The position numbers were made by a program, and so were the translations under genes. 50,630 bases of DNA, from NCBI GenBank assembly GCA_035602665.1, contig DATNLV010000228.1:1-50630 (forward strand). The letters run 5' to 3'. Under the pieces are notes generated by a model, which saw only the letters and a list, made by a program, of their open reading frames with translations, was not told the origin of the DNA and ran no database searches. This stretch comes from Bryobacteraceae bacterium (GTDB taxonomy: Bacteria; Acidobacteriota; Terriglobia; Bryobacterales; Bryobacteraceae). This document shows, piece by piece, positions 1 through 8,694 of the stretch. The first letter of the stretch is position 1; each line of letters begins with the position of its first letter.

Positions 1-632
1 TCCGCCAGGTCGCGCGCCACCACCTGCGCCGGACCGGCCGCAAGCTCGATCCTCCGCCGCAGCTCCGGCGGAGCAACCTGGAGCAGGCCCTGCCGCTGGC
101 CCGCCGGAAGCGCCACCATCACCTCGTCCTGCCGCTCGAGCGGGAGCGCCTCGAACGCCGCCAGCCGCCGCTGCGGAGTTCCGCCTTCCAGTTCCCTCAA
201 CTCCGCCGGCTCCGGACCGCTTTTCTCTTTGTCCATCCTCCCGGCCAGCAACTGGATCAGGCGCCGCCGCTCGGGGTCGGACGGGAACGGCACCTTGCCG
301 TCAGCCATCTGCCGCACGATCTGCGGAGGCGGGTAGTCGAGCACCAGTTCGTCCGCCGGCATGGCCAGTGTATCGAGCGCCTTCAGCTTCTCCACAAGCA
401 CCGGGTTTTCCGCGATCCGCGCGGGATTGAGCTGAAGGTCGAGCCACTTCTTGAGGCCCATGGAGCGGATCCTCGTGAGATCGCCCGGCCGCGGACCGAA
501 GGCGAGCCGGTTCAGCGCCTGCTCGATCTTCTCGTCTTTCGAAAGCGTTTGCGAGAACGGCCCGGCGGCGCCGGCCGGAGCCACCGCCAGCCCAACCGTC
601 AATCCCAGCGCGATGAGTGCCTTCGGGCGCAT
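1..632 (-). CDS. DUF1800-family protein, N-terminal part (gene runs off the left edge)
   Basis: Absent from the ORF track because no stop lies inside the window. Reverse-strand ATG at 630-632 is preceded by GGAGG. Translation starts MRPKALIALGLTVGLAVAPAGA (signal-like), then EQALNRLAFGPRPGDLTRIRSMGLKKWLDLQLNP, the N-terminal signature I associate with DUF1800. Confidence 0.7.
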   Translation of the reverse strand, partial: MRPKALIALGLTVGLAVAPAGAAGPFSQTLSKDEKIEQALNRLAFGPRPGDLTRIRSMGLKKWLDLQLNPARIAENPVLVEKLKALDTLAMPADELVLDYPPPQIVRQMADGKVPFPSDPERRRLIQLLAGRMDKEKSGPEPAELRELEGGTPQRRLAAFEALPLERQDEVMVALPAGQRQGLLQVAPPELRRRIELAAGPAQVVARDLA

Positions 633-705
633 TCTCTGCTCCCCTCCCTCCATTAAACCCCCGATCCGGCCGGAAGTTGCGGACCTGACAACCCCAACCG
701 ATATC

Positions 706-731
706 CAGAGTTTCATGGATTCGGCCGATAT
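706..731 (+). promoter_or_regulatory. Possible sigma-28 (FliA)-type promoter upstream of cheW
   Basis: CAGAGTTT-N10-GCCGATAT compared with the enterobacterial consensus TAAAGTTT-N11-GCCGATAA. It lies 110 nt upstream of the cheW ATG. Spacing is one nt short and the -35 match is partial. Confidence 0.3.
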
Positions 732-841
732 GACAGTCAGCGCCACTCGGGGCGGGCCGTTCTCGGGCTGCCCGCCCGCGTTCGTGCCAGGCCTGAAGAG
801 GCGCGCCAGGCGGGAGAGACGGAACCCTCGAAAGGAGCGAC

Positions 842-1360
842 ATGGGATCGACAGTCTTGGAGAGGCAAACGGCTGCGGCGCTCAAAAGCGACGACCGCGG
901 CGGGAAATATCTGGTCTTTGAGCTGGGCCGCGAGGAATTCGGCATTCGCGTTCTCAAGGTCCGCGAAATCATGGGCATCCAGGACATCACGGCGGTTCCC
1001 CAGACGCCGGCCCACGTCAAGGGTGTCATCAACCTCCGCGGGAAGGTGATCCCGGTAGTGGATCTGCGGCTGAAGTTCGGCCTGCCGGAGCAGGAGTACA
1101 CCCAGCGTACCTGCATCATCGTGGTCCAGGTGCAGGGCGAGGCGGGGCCGATGTTGATGGGCATCGTGGTGGATGGCGTCGCCGAGGTGCTCAATCTGGC
1201 CGCCGCCGACATCGAGGACACCCCGGATTTCGGCGACGGAACGGCCACGCCCTACCTGCTCGGGATGGCCAAGGTAAAGGACAAGGTCAAGATCCTGCTG
1301 GAGATCGACCGCGTGTTGACCAGCACCGATCTGCACGCCCTGAACGCGCTGATGCACTAG
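842..1360 (+). CDS. cheW: Chemotaxis coupling protein CheW
   Basis: 172 aa. GGAG lies 5 nt before the ATG. Typical CheW sequence: [22 protein letters not shown]...[22 protein letters not shown]. Confidence 0.95.
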   Translation: MGSTVLERQTAAALKSDDRGGKYLVFELGREEFGIRVLKVREIMGIQDITAVPQTPAHVKGVINLRGKVIPVVDLRLKFGLPEQEYTQRTCIIVVQVQGEAGPMLMGIVVDGVAEVLNLAAADIEDTPDFGDGTATPYLLGMAKVKDKVKILLEIDRVLTSTDLHALNALMH

Positions 1361-1370
1361 GGAGACGCAC

Positions 1371-3023
1371 ATGATGTCCCAGATGACGATTGGCGGGAAG
1401 CTCTACCTGAGTTTCGGCGGCGCGCTGGCTCTGACGCTGCTGACGAGCGTCGTCAGCCTGAACGGGGTCAGCGACCTTGGAGGAACGTGCAACCAGTTGG
1501 CCAAGGTGACAGCCAGGAAACAACTCCTGGCGGGCGCCATCGGCACCGAAATCACCACCGTTCTCGCCGCGGAGAGGGGTATTCTGGTGCGCGCCTTCAT
1601 GAAGGACAGGCCCACCATGTTGCAGTACAACCAGGACTTTCTGGACAGCGCGGCCCAGGTCAGCCAGCACCTGAACGACTTCTCGGCACTCGGTGGGACC
1701 GTGGAGGATAGCCGCGGCATTGAGGATCTGCGCGGCGCGCTGGCCACGATCCAACAGGGCCACGGCGAGTTTTGGAGTCACGCCGATTCCGGGCAGGTCG
1801 ACGCGGCCGCCGAGGATTACAAGACCAAAACCAACCCGGCCATCAAGCAGGCGGTCAAAATCGCCGGCGCTCTGGAGGCGCGGCAGGGCGACCTGATCCC
1901 CAAAGCGGCTCAGGAGGCCGACGGGGCCGTCTCACGCGCCCGCTGGACCACGCTGGCGCTAATAGGGTTCTCGCTGCTGCTGGCCGGGGTCGTGGTCTAC
2001 ATCGTGCGCCAGATCAACCAAAGTCTGCGGCAGGCGGTTCGAGAGCTGTCCGAAGGCTCCGGGCAGGTGTCCAGAGCGGCGTCGCAAGTCTCCGCTTCCA
2101 GCCAGTCGCTGGCGCAAGGTTCCTCCGAGCAGGCGGCGTCGCTCGAAGAGACTTCCGCATCGAGCGAAGAGATCAACTCCATGGCCCAGAAGAACACCGA
2201 AAACTCCCGTAGCGCGGCCGACCTGGTGACCCAGTCGCAGCAGAAGTTCGTCCAGACGAACGAGGCGCTCGAGCACACGGTGGCGGCCATGGGCGAGATC
2301 AACGCGCAGAGTGGAAAGATCTCCAAGATCATCAAGGTGATCGACGAGATCGCCTTCCAGACCAACATCCTGGCCCTCAATGCGGCGGTGGAGGCGGCGC
2401 GCGCCGGCGAAGCGGGCATGGGATTCGCGGTGGTCGCCGACGAGGTACGCAATCTGGCGCAGCGCTGCGCACAGGCGGCCAAGGATACCTCGGCCCTGAT
2501 CGAGGAGTCGATTGCCAAGTCCAGCGACGGCCAGGCCAAGGTGGACCACGTAGCCGCTTCCATCCGCACGATTACCGAGGATTCCACCAAGGTCAACACG
2601 CTCGTGGATGAGGTAAACCTGGGCAGCCAGGAGCAGGCCCGGGGGATCGAGCAGATCGCCAAGGCCATCCTGCAGATGGAGCAGGTGACACAGAGGACGG
2701 CCGCCAACGCCGAGGAAAGCGCCTCGGCAGCCGAGGAGCTGAACGCGCAGTCGGCGGCTTTAAGAGACGTGATCGAACGCCTCACCGCCATGGTTGGCGG
2801 GGGCGAGGCGGCCGGCGGGGGGGCGCGCCCGGCTCACCGCCGGGCAACGGCGGCGAGCGGCAATCCGCAGCGTCCGAAGGGGGAATCCACCGCCGGCCTG
2901 GCTGCCCTGCGCAAGGCCGTCGTGCACCAGCCGAAATCGGTCGAACGCCCGGCGCCGGTTCGTGCCGCCCGCGACGCGAACCCGGACCCGTTCCCACTGG
3001 ATGAGCAGTTCAAGGAGTTTTGA
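1371..3023 (+). CDS. mcp: Methyl-accepting chemotaxis protein (two TM segments, periplasmic helical sensor, HAMP, MA signalling domain)
   Basis: 550 aa. Highly conserved MCP hairpin tip [41 protein letters not shown]-terminal TM plus a second TM around residues 195-215. Confidence 0.95.
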   Translation: MMSQMTIGGKLYLSFGGALALTLLTSVVSLNGVSDLGGTCNQLAKVTARKQLLAGAIGTEITTVLAAERGILVRAFMKDRPTMLQYNQDFLDSAAQVSQHLNDFSALGGTVEDSRGIEDLRGALATIQQGHGEFWSHADSGQVDAAAEDYKTKTNPAIKQAVKIAGALEARQGDLIPKAAQEADGAVSRARWTTLALIGFSLLLAGVVVYIVRQINQSLRQAVRELSEGSGQVSRAASQVSASSQSLAQGSSEQAASLEETSASSEEINSMAQKNTENSRSAADLVTQSQQKFVQTNEALEHTVAAMGEINAQSGKISKIIKVIDEIAFQTNILALNAAVEAARAGEAGMGFAVVADEVRNLAQRCAQAAKDTSALIEESIAKSSDGQAKVDHVAASIRTITEDSTKVNTLVDEVNLGSQEQARGIEQIAKAILQMEQVTQRTAANAEESASAAEELNAQSAALRDVIERLTAMVGGGEAAGGGARPAHRRATAASGNPQRPKGESTAGLAALRKAVVHQPKSVERPAPVRAARDANPDPFPLDEQFKEF

Positions 3024-3046
3024 CCGCTTGGCTCCAGGTGTGAATC

Positions 3047-5020
3047 ATGCCCAACCCGGAAATAGAATCGCTTCTAAGAGATCGAATCGACGATCTCTCG
3101 ACCCGTCTGCTGATCGAAGGACCCGGAGCGGAGACCTCGACCGGCGGCTCCCAGACCTTCCAGGCCGCGCTGGCCGAGCTCGGCCGGCAGGCGGGCGAGG
3201 CCGGCTACGGCGGAGCGGCCCGCATCGCCGGCGAACTCTCGGCCTCTCCGCCCCTGACGGCCGACCTGCAAGAGGGGCTTGCCCGGCTTCAGCAGGCTCT
3301 CTCGGACGGCCCGGGTGACGCGGCGCCCGCGCCCCAGGAGCCCGCGCGCCCGAAAACCGTCAGTGCGCTGGCGGACGATCCGGAACTCGTCTCCGATTTC
3401 ATCGTGGAATCGCGCGAGCACCTGACAACCATAGAGCAGCGTCTGCTCACGCTCGAACGGGAGCCCGGCGATGCGGACGCCATCAACTCCGTCTTTCGCG
3501 GATTCCACACCATCAAGGGTCTGGCCGGGTTCCTGGAGTTCGCGCCGATCCAGGAAATGGCGCACGAGGTGGAGACGGCCCTCAATCTGGTTCGCGAAGG
3601 GAAACTGGCCATCAACCCCGCGGTCGCCGACGTCATTCTGGAGAGCGTCGACTACCTCAGCCGGGCGATCGCCGGGGTCGAGTCCGGGGCCGGGTGCCAG
3701 CGCCTGCCCGGCCACGGCCACCTGCTGGGGAGAGTGCGTGCCCTGATGGCGGCCGAACCGGGCGTTCCCGAACCGCAGGCCACCGCCCAGCCGGAAGCAA
3801 AGCCGGAGACAGCGGCGCCGGCCGAGAGCGACGCCAGGCGGCCCGCCGCAACCGAATCCGCCTCGGTGCGCGTCGACACCACCAAGCTCGATTACCTGGT
3901 GGACATGGTGGGCGAAATGGTGATCGCCCAGTCGTTGCTGCGGCACAACGAAACCCTCGCCGCCGCAGGCGATACACGCCTCCATCGCGATATGGCGCAG
4001 CTGGCCCGCATCACCAGTGAAGTGCAACGGACGGCCATGGCCATGCGCATGGTCCCCATCGGACAGCTCTTCCAGCGTGCCACCCGCCAGGTACGGGACC
4101 TGTCGCGGAAGGTGGGCAAGCAGGTGGAGCTCGCCACGCGGGGCGAGGACACCGAAGTGGACAAAACCATCGCCGAGGAACTGTCCGATCCGTTGTTGCA
4201 CATGGTGCGCAATGCCATCGACCACGGCATCGAGGATCCCGCCGCCCGCGAGGCGGCAGGCAAGCCTGGCCAGGCCCGGATCACTCTGGCAGCCTATCAC
4301 CAGGGTGGCCAGATCCTGATCGAGGTTGGCGACGACGGCCGCGGTATGGATTCCCAGAAGCTTCTGGCGAAGGGACGCGAAAAGGGCCTGGTCGAGGACG
4401 GCGCGCGTCTTTCTGAAGGCGACATTTTCCGGCTCATCCTCGAGCCGGGTTTCTCCACCGCCGCGCAGGTGACCGACATCTCGGGACGCGGCGTGGGGAT
4501 GGATGTGGTCCGCACCCAGGTGGAGAAACTCAGGGGCCGGATCGAGATTCGCTCCGAGGCCGGCCAGGGCACCACATTCCTGCTGAAGCTGCCCTTGACC
4601 CTGGCCATCATCGATGGCCTGGTGGTGGCCGTCGGACGGCATCGCTACATCGTGCCCCTGTTCTCGGTCCGGGAGATGTTCCGGCCCGCCGCCGGTTCGA
4701 TGTTCACCGTCCAGAACCGGCAGGAGATGGCGCTGGTGCGCGGCCGGCTGCTGCCCGTGCTGCGCCTCCACAAGCGCTTCGGCCTGACCCCGCGCACCGA
4801 CGACCCCTACCAGGCGCTGCTCATCGTGGCAGAAAGCGAGGGGCACCCGTTCTGCCTGATGGTGGACGATCTGGTCGGCAAACAGGAGGTCGTGATCAAG
4901 AGCCTGGGGCAGGCCTTGGGCAAGGTTCCCGGCGTTGCCGGGGGCGCGATTCTGGGTGATGGGCGGGTCGGCCTGATTCTCGACATGGGCAGCCTGTGGG
5001 GAGCGCATGCAGGCGCTTGA
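3047..5020 (+). CDS. cheA: Chemotaxis histidine kinase CheA
   Basis: 657 aa. Hpt motif FRGFHTIKGLAGFLEF, dimerisation and HATPase_c regions (DDGRGMD, GRGVGMDVV), C-terminal CheW-like domain. About 110 aa of low-complexity extension precedes the Hpt. Confidence 0.95.
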   Translation: MPNPEIESLLRDRIDDLSTRLLIEGPGAETSTGGSQTFQAALAELGRQAGEAGYGGAARIAGELSASPPLTADLQEGLARLQQALSDGPGDAAPAPQEPARPKTVSALADDPELVSDFIVESREHLTTIEQRLLTLEREPGDADAINSVFRGFHTIKGLAGFLEFAPIQEMAHEVETALNLVREGKLAINPAVADVILESVDYLSRAIAGVESGAGCQRLPGHGHLLGRVRALMAAEPGVPEPQATAQPEAKPETAAPAESDARRPAATESASVRVDTTKLDYLVDMVGEMVIAQSLLRHNETLAAAGDTRLHRDMAQLARITSEVQRTAMAMRMVPIGQLFQRATRQVRDLSRKVGKQVELATRGEDTEVDKTIAEELSDPLLHMVRNAIDHGIEDPAAREAAGKPGQARITLAAYHQGGQILIEVGDDGRGMDSQKLLAKGREKGLVEDGARLSEGDIFRLILEPGFSTAAQVTDISGRGVGMDVVRTQVEKLRGRIEIRSEAGQGTTFLLKLPLTLAIIDGLVVAVGRHRYIVPLFSVREMFRPAAGSMFTVQNRQEMALVRGRLLPVLRLHKRFGLTPRTDDPYQALLIVAESEGHPFCLMVDDLVGKQEVVIKSLGQALGKVPGVAGGAILGDGRVGLILDMGSLWGAHAGA

Positions 5021-5870
5021 CGACACTGCCTGCTCCCCGATGAAGGCCGGCGAGTTCGCCAAGATCCGCCAGCTCGCCTATGACACCTTCGGGCTGGACC
5101 TGCGGGCGGGCAAAGAAACGCTGGTGTCCGCGCGGCTGGGCAAACATATCCGCAAGTCCGGATGCCGTTCCTTCGACGAGTACTACCGGCACGTCGTCGA
5201 GGACTCGACCGGGGAGGCGCTCATCCACCTCATTGACGCGCTCACCACCAACCACACCTCGTTCTTTCGCGAGTCGGCGCACTTCGATTTTCTGCGCAAG
5301 GTGCTTCTGCCGGAGTGGAAGAACCGCGCCGCCATCGAGATCTGGAGCGCCGCCTGCTCCTCCGGCGAAGAGCCTTACTCCATCGCCATGTGCATCCTCG
5401 AGGAACTGGGCGCGGTCCCTCCCGGCAAGGTTCATATTCTGGCCACCGACATTTCGACCCGCGTGCTGGCCGCGGCCGCCAAAGGAATCTATCCGGCCGA
5501 GCGCTTCGAGGCCTTCTCGCCCGTGCAGCTGCGCGGCCACTGGCTGCGCGGAGAGCGCGACTTCGCCGGCTCGTACCGCGCCAAGAAGGAGCTGCGGGCG
5601 ATGATCGAGTTCCGCCGGCTGAATCTGCTGGAGCCAGGCCCCCGGCTCGGCCCTTTCCCGCTTATCTTCTGCCGCAACGTGATGATCTACTTCGACAAGC
5701 CGACCCAGCGGCAGGTGGTCGAGCGCCTGGCCGGGTCCCTGGAGCCGGGCGGCTATCTGCTGACCGGGCACGCCGAAAGCCTCACCGGAATCGACCATGG
5801 GCTCCACTACGTGCAGCCCGCCGTGTACCGCAAAGGGTCCTCGCCGGAGAGGGAGAAGGGGAAACGGTGA
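5007..5870 (+). CDS. cheR: Chemotaxis protein methyltransferase CheR
   Basis: 287 aa. SAM-binding motif IWSAACSSGEEPYSIAM and FCRNVMIYFD. Overlaps the cheA stop by 14 nt. Confidence 0.95.
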   Translation: MQALDDTACSPMKAGEFAKIRQLAYDTFGLDLRAGKETLVSARLGKHIRKSGCRSFDEYYRHVVEDSTGEALIHLIDALTTNHTSFFRESAHFDFLRKVLLPEWKNRAAIEIWSAACSSGEEPYSIAMCILEELGAVPPGKVHILATDISTRVLAAAAKGIYPAERFEAFSPVQLRGHWLRGERDFAGSYRAKKELRAMIEFRRLNLLEPGPRLGPFPLIFCRNVMIYFDKPTQRQVVERLAGSLEPGGYLLTGHAESLTGIDHGLHYVQPAVYRKGSSPEREKGKR

Positions 5871-6379
5871 GCCAACTGACCGTCGGAGTCGGAGACTGCA
5901 AGACCAGCAATGCCCCCGAATCGGTCCTGGCGACCTACGCTCTGGGTTCCTGCATCGCGGTGGCGATTCACGATCCGGTGGCAGGCGTCGGCGGTCTGCT
6001 GCACTTCATGCTGCCGGAGTCCTCGCTCAACCCGGAGAAGGCCAGCCAGAATCCGTTCATGTTCGCCGACACCGGCGTTCCGCTCCTGTTTCGCACCGCC
6101 TACGGGCTGGGCGCCGAGAAACGCCGCCTGGTGGTGAGGGTGGTGGGCGGGGCGCAGGTCATGGACGAGCATGGCGTGTTCAACATCGGGAAGCGCAACC
6201 ACGTGGCGCTGCGCAAGATCCTCTGGAAGGCGGGGGTCATGGTCCACGCCGAAGAGGTCGGAGGGAACACCTCCCGCACCGTGCGGCTGGAGGTGGCGAC
6301 CGGCCGCTTCTGGATCCGCGGGCCCGGGATGGAGGATCGCGAAATGATGCCGTCGTCGACGGGAAAGGGAGGACGCTGA
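5867..6379 (+). CDS. cheD: Chemoreceptor glutamine deamidase CheD
   Basis: GTG start in a GTGA overlap with the cheR stop. ATYALGSCIAVAIHDP...GGLLHFMLP matches the CheD core. The ORF-track entry 5315-6379 is an upstream over-extension of the same frame. Confidence 0.9.
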   Translation: MSQLTVGVGDCKTSNAPESVLATYALGSCIAVAIHDPVAGVGGLLHFMLPESSLNPEKASQNPFMFADTGVPLLFRTAYGLGAEKRRLVVRVVGGAQVMDEHGVFNIGKRNHVALRKILWKAGVMVHAEEVGGNTSRTVRLEVATGRFWIRGPGMEDREMMPSSTGKGGR

Positions 6380-6771
6380 TGGAACTCCGTGTATTGATCG
6401 TGGACGATTCCTCGGTGATGCGCGCGTTCATACGCCGCGTCCTGGAGTTGTCCGGCCTGGAGATCGGGCTCTGCCTGGAGGCCTCGAACGGCGAAGAGGC
6501 GCTGCGGGTGCTCGAAAACAACTGGGTGGACGCGGTGCTCACCGATATCAACATGCCGACGATGGACGGCGAAGAGTTGCTGCGGCGGATGTCCGAACAC
6601 GCGGTGTTGCGGCTGATCCCGGTCCTGGTGGTATCGACGGACCGCACCGAAGGTCGCGTGCAGAAAATGCTCACGCTGGGGGCCAAGGGCTATGTCACCA
6701 AGCCCTTTGCACCGGAGACCTTGCGGGAAGAACTGGAACGCAGTCTGGCGGTGGTCAATGGAACCGAATGA
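6379..6771 (+). CDS. cheY: CheY-like single-domain response regulator
   Basis: ATG shares its A with the cheD TGA. MELRVLIVDDS...LTDINMPTMDG...VSTD...TKPF carries all receiver signature residues. 130 aa. Confidence 0.9.
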   Translation: MELRVLIVDDSSVMRAFIRRVLELSGLEIGLCLEASNGEEALRVLENNWVDAVLTDINMPTMDGEELLRRMSEHAVLRLIPVLVVSTDRTEGRVQKMLTLGAKGYVTKPFAPETLREELERSLAVVNGTE

Positions 6772-7291
6772 GATCCAGGTGGGGTTGGCGGCGGCGGTCG
6801 AGGAGGTCCTCGAAACGATGTGCTTTACCAGTGTGCTCGCGAGCGGCGAGGGAGCAGCCCCGGCCGGCATGGGCGCCGGGCACCGAACCGCGAGCGTGAG
6901 CGAGCGGACCTCGGCTGGGAGCGAAGAAACGGTCCCGGACGCCGCGGCGCGCTCGTGCACCGCGGAGCTGCACTTCGAAGGTAATCCTTCGGGCGGATGC
7001 CGCGTAAGCGTCCCGTTGAAGCTGGCACGAGTGGTAGGCGCCGGCTTTCTCGGCAGCGAGGAGATGGAAGTGTCCGACTCCCAGGCCGAGGAGGTGGTCT
7101 GCGAACTGGCCAACATGATCTGCGGCTCGGTGCTGAGCCGGCTCGAAAGCGAGGAGACGTTCCGCATCACTCACCCCCAACTGGTCCCGCCGGAGCGGGG
7201 CGCCGGCTTCGAAAACGCGGCCATCAACCGCTGGTTCGACTTGGGAGATGGAATCCTCACCGTAACGCTGGAGCTTCAGCCGGCCATATGA
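6758..7291 (+). CDS. cheX: CheX/CheC-family CheY-P phosphatase-like protein
   Basis: Starts at MEPNEIQ, overlapping the cheY end by 14 nt. Contains EEVVCELANMICGSV...THP, resembling the [DS]xxxExxN-x22-P phosphatase motif. Position between cheY and cheB fits. Confidence 0.7.
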   Translation: MEPNEIQVGLAAAVEEVLETMCFTSVLASGEGAAPAGMGAGHRTASVSERTSAGSEETVPDAAARSCTAELHFEGNPSGGCRVSVPLKLARVVGAGFLGSEEMEVSDSQAEEVVCELANMICGSVLSRLESEETFRITHPQLVPPERGAGFENAAINRWFDLGDGILTVTLELQPAI

Positions 7292-8346
7292 AGACCCGGG
7301 TCCTGATCGTCGATGATTCCGCCATCGTCCGCAAGTTGCTGGCCGAGGCCTTGTCCGAAGAGAAGGACATCGAGGTCGTGGGAACCGCGCCCGACCCCTT
7401 CGTGGCCCGCGACAAAATCCTCGCGCTCAGGCCGGACGTCCTGACGCTCGACATCGAGATGCCCCGCATGGACGGCCTCACGTTCCTGAAAAAGCTAATG
7501 CACTACCAGCCGATTCCGGTGGTCGTAATCAGCTCGCTCGGGCAGGCCGGATGCCAGGCGACTCTGGAGGCTTTGCGTCTTGGCGCCGTGGAGGTGCTGG
7601 CCAAGCCCGGTGGCCCCTACTCGGTAGGCGAGTTGCGGCTGGACCTGGCGGCTAAGATCCGGGCCGCCGCCGCCGCGCGTCTCCGCCGTGCGCCAACCGC
7701 GCCAACCGCGCACCCCGCGCCGGCCGCTAAACCGGAACCGTCCCTTCCCCCGGCCGCGTTCGATCCCGATGCGATCATCGCGGTCGGCGCCTCTACCGGA
7801 GGAACCGAAGCAATTCAGGACGTGCTCACCCACATGCCCGCCGGCTGTCCCGCCATGGTAATCACCCAACACATACCGCCCGTCTTCTCGCTGGCCTTCG
7901 CTAACCGGCTGAACGAGATCTGCCCAATGGAGGTCAAGGAAGCCCGGGACGGCGATGCGGTGGTCCGCGGCCGGGCCCTGATCGCACCCGGAAACTTCCA
8001 CATGTTGCTCCGCAAATCACCCGGCGGAGGCTTCCGGGTCACCGTCCAGGATGGCCCCCGCGTCTGCTACCAGCGGCCGTCCGTGGACGTCATGTTCTGC
8101 TCCGTGGCCGACGCCGCCGGTCCCCGGGCCATCGGCGTCCTGCTGACCGGAATGGGGAGCGACGGCGCCCGCGGGATGCTGAAGATGAAACAGAGCGGCG
8201 CCAGGACCATCGCGCAGGACGAGGCCAGCTGCGTGGTCTACGGAATGCCGCGGGAAGCCGTGCGCCTTGACGCGGCCGAGCAGGTCGTCCCCCTCGGCAA
8301 AATCCCCGCCGCCATCCTCGGCCAACTCAGCCGCATCGCGCGATAA
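7288..8346 (+). CDS. cheB: Chemotaxis response regulator protein-glutamate methylesterase CheB
   Basis: ATGA overlap with cheX. REC domain (MKTRVLIVDDS...LTLDIEMPRMDG) plus esterase domain (GASTGGTEA, LLTGMGSDGA, QDEASCVVYGMP). 352 aa. Confidence 0.95.
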   Translation: MKTRVLIVDDSAIVRKLLAEALSEEKDIEVVGTAPDPFVARDKILALRPDVLTLDIEMPRMDGLTFLKKLMHYQPIPVVVISSLGQAGCQATLEALRLGAVEVLAKPGGPYSVGELRLDLAAKIRAAAAARLRRAPTAPTAHPAPAAKPEPSLPPAAFDPDAIIAVGASTGGTEAIQDVLTHMPAGCPAMVITQHIPPVFSLAFANRLNEICPMEVKEARDGDAVVRGRALIAPGNFHMLLRKSPGGGFRVTVQDGPRVCYQRPSVDVMFCSVADAAGPRAIGVLLTGMGSDGARGMLKMKQSGARTIAQDEASCVVYGMPREAVRLDAAEQVVPLGKIPAAILGQLSRIAR

Positions 8347-8355
8347 GGGGCCAGA

Positions 8356-8398
8356 GTGGGGCGGCTCTCCAGAGCTGCGCCGGACGTCCACGTCCGGC
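8356..8398. repeat. Hairpin repeat (family B), likely also the che-operon terminator region
   Basis: GCTCT-CC-AGAGC (8364-8375) and GCCGGACGT-CC-ACGTCCGGC (8379-8398), enclosed by GGGGCC (8347-8352) / GGCCCC (8395-8400). The same 43-nt unit recurs at 21641-21682 with about 3 mismatches. Confidence 0.6.
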
Positions 8399-8496
8399 CC
8401 CTCCGTGTTCAAAATCCAGACAGTCCATGTATTGAAACACTCCACGGAGCCAGCCCCACCTCGCGTCATCCGTTCTAAACACACATCTTCCCGGTA

Positions 8497-8512
8497 AGGA
8501 ACCGGAATTGCT
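8497..8512 (+). promoter_or_regulatory. Sigma-54 type -24/-12 promoter candidate
   Basis: aGGaaCcggaaTTGCt against consensus TGGCACG-N4-TTGCW. The GG (8498-8499) and GC (8510-8511) have the canonical spacing. It lies 22 nt upstream of the 8534 ATG. A sigma-54 activator is encoded at 15924-17282. Confidence 0.45.
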
Positions 8513-8533
8513 CCTCCGAAACCAGAGAAGCCA

Positions 8534-8686
8534 ATGAATACCGACACCTACTGGCTGAACATGACCAATATCCTCCTCGGCATGGTCACGGCCATCTCCT
8601 TCCTCCTGATCCTGAAGGCCGTTGTTGCCGAGCTCGCCGCGCACCGCCACCACCGGCCGCTGAACCAGGAAGAGATCGAGCTGTAG
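8534..8686 (+). CDS. Small single-TM protein (50 aa), first gene of the redox module
   Basis: Below the ORF-track size cutoff; read by eye as MNTDTYWLNMTNILLGMVTAISFLLILKAVVAELAAHRHHRPLNQEEIEL. It resembles the N-terminal anchor of the 14168-14992 product (TM followed by RHH). It sits just after the sigma-54 motif and 8 nt before the next gene. Confidence 0.45.
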   Translation: MNTDTYWLNMTNILLGMVTAISFLLILKAVVAELAAHRHHRPLNQEEIEL

Positions 8687-8694
8687 CCCCTGCT

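Noticed and set aside
301-1372. Minus-strand ORFs 301-1248 and 737-1372 overlapping the DUF1800 start region and cheW
   Set aside because: They cross the divergent intergenic region and overlap two well-supported genes. They have no RBS and no domain-like sequence.
3074-5062. 662-aa ORF on the minus strand covering all of cheA
   Set aside because: It is a mirror-frame ORF typical of high-GC DNA. The translation is Arg/Gly/Ala/His/Gln-rich with no motif, while the plus strand encodes an unmistakable CheA.
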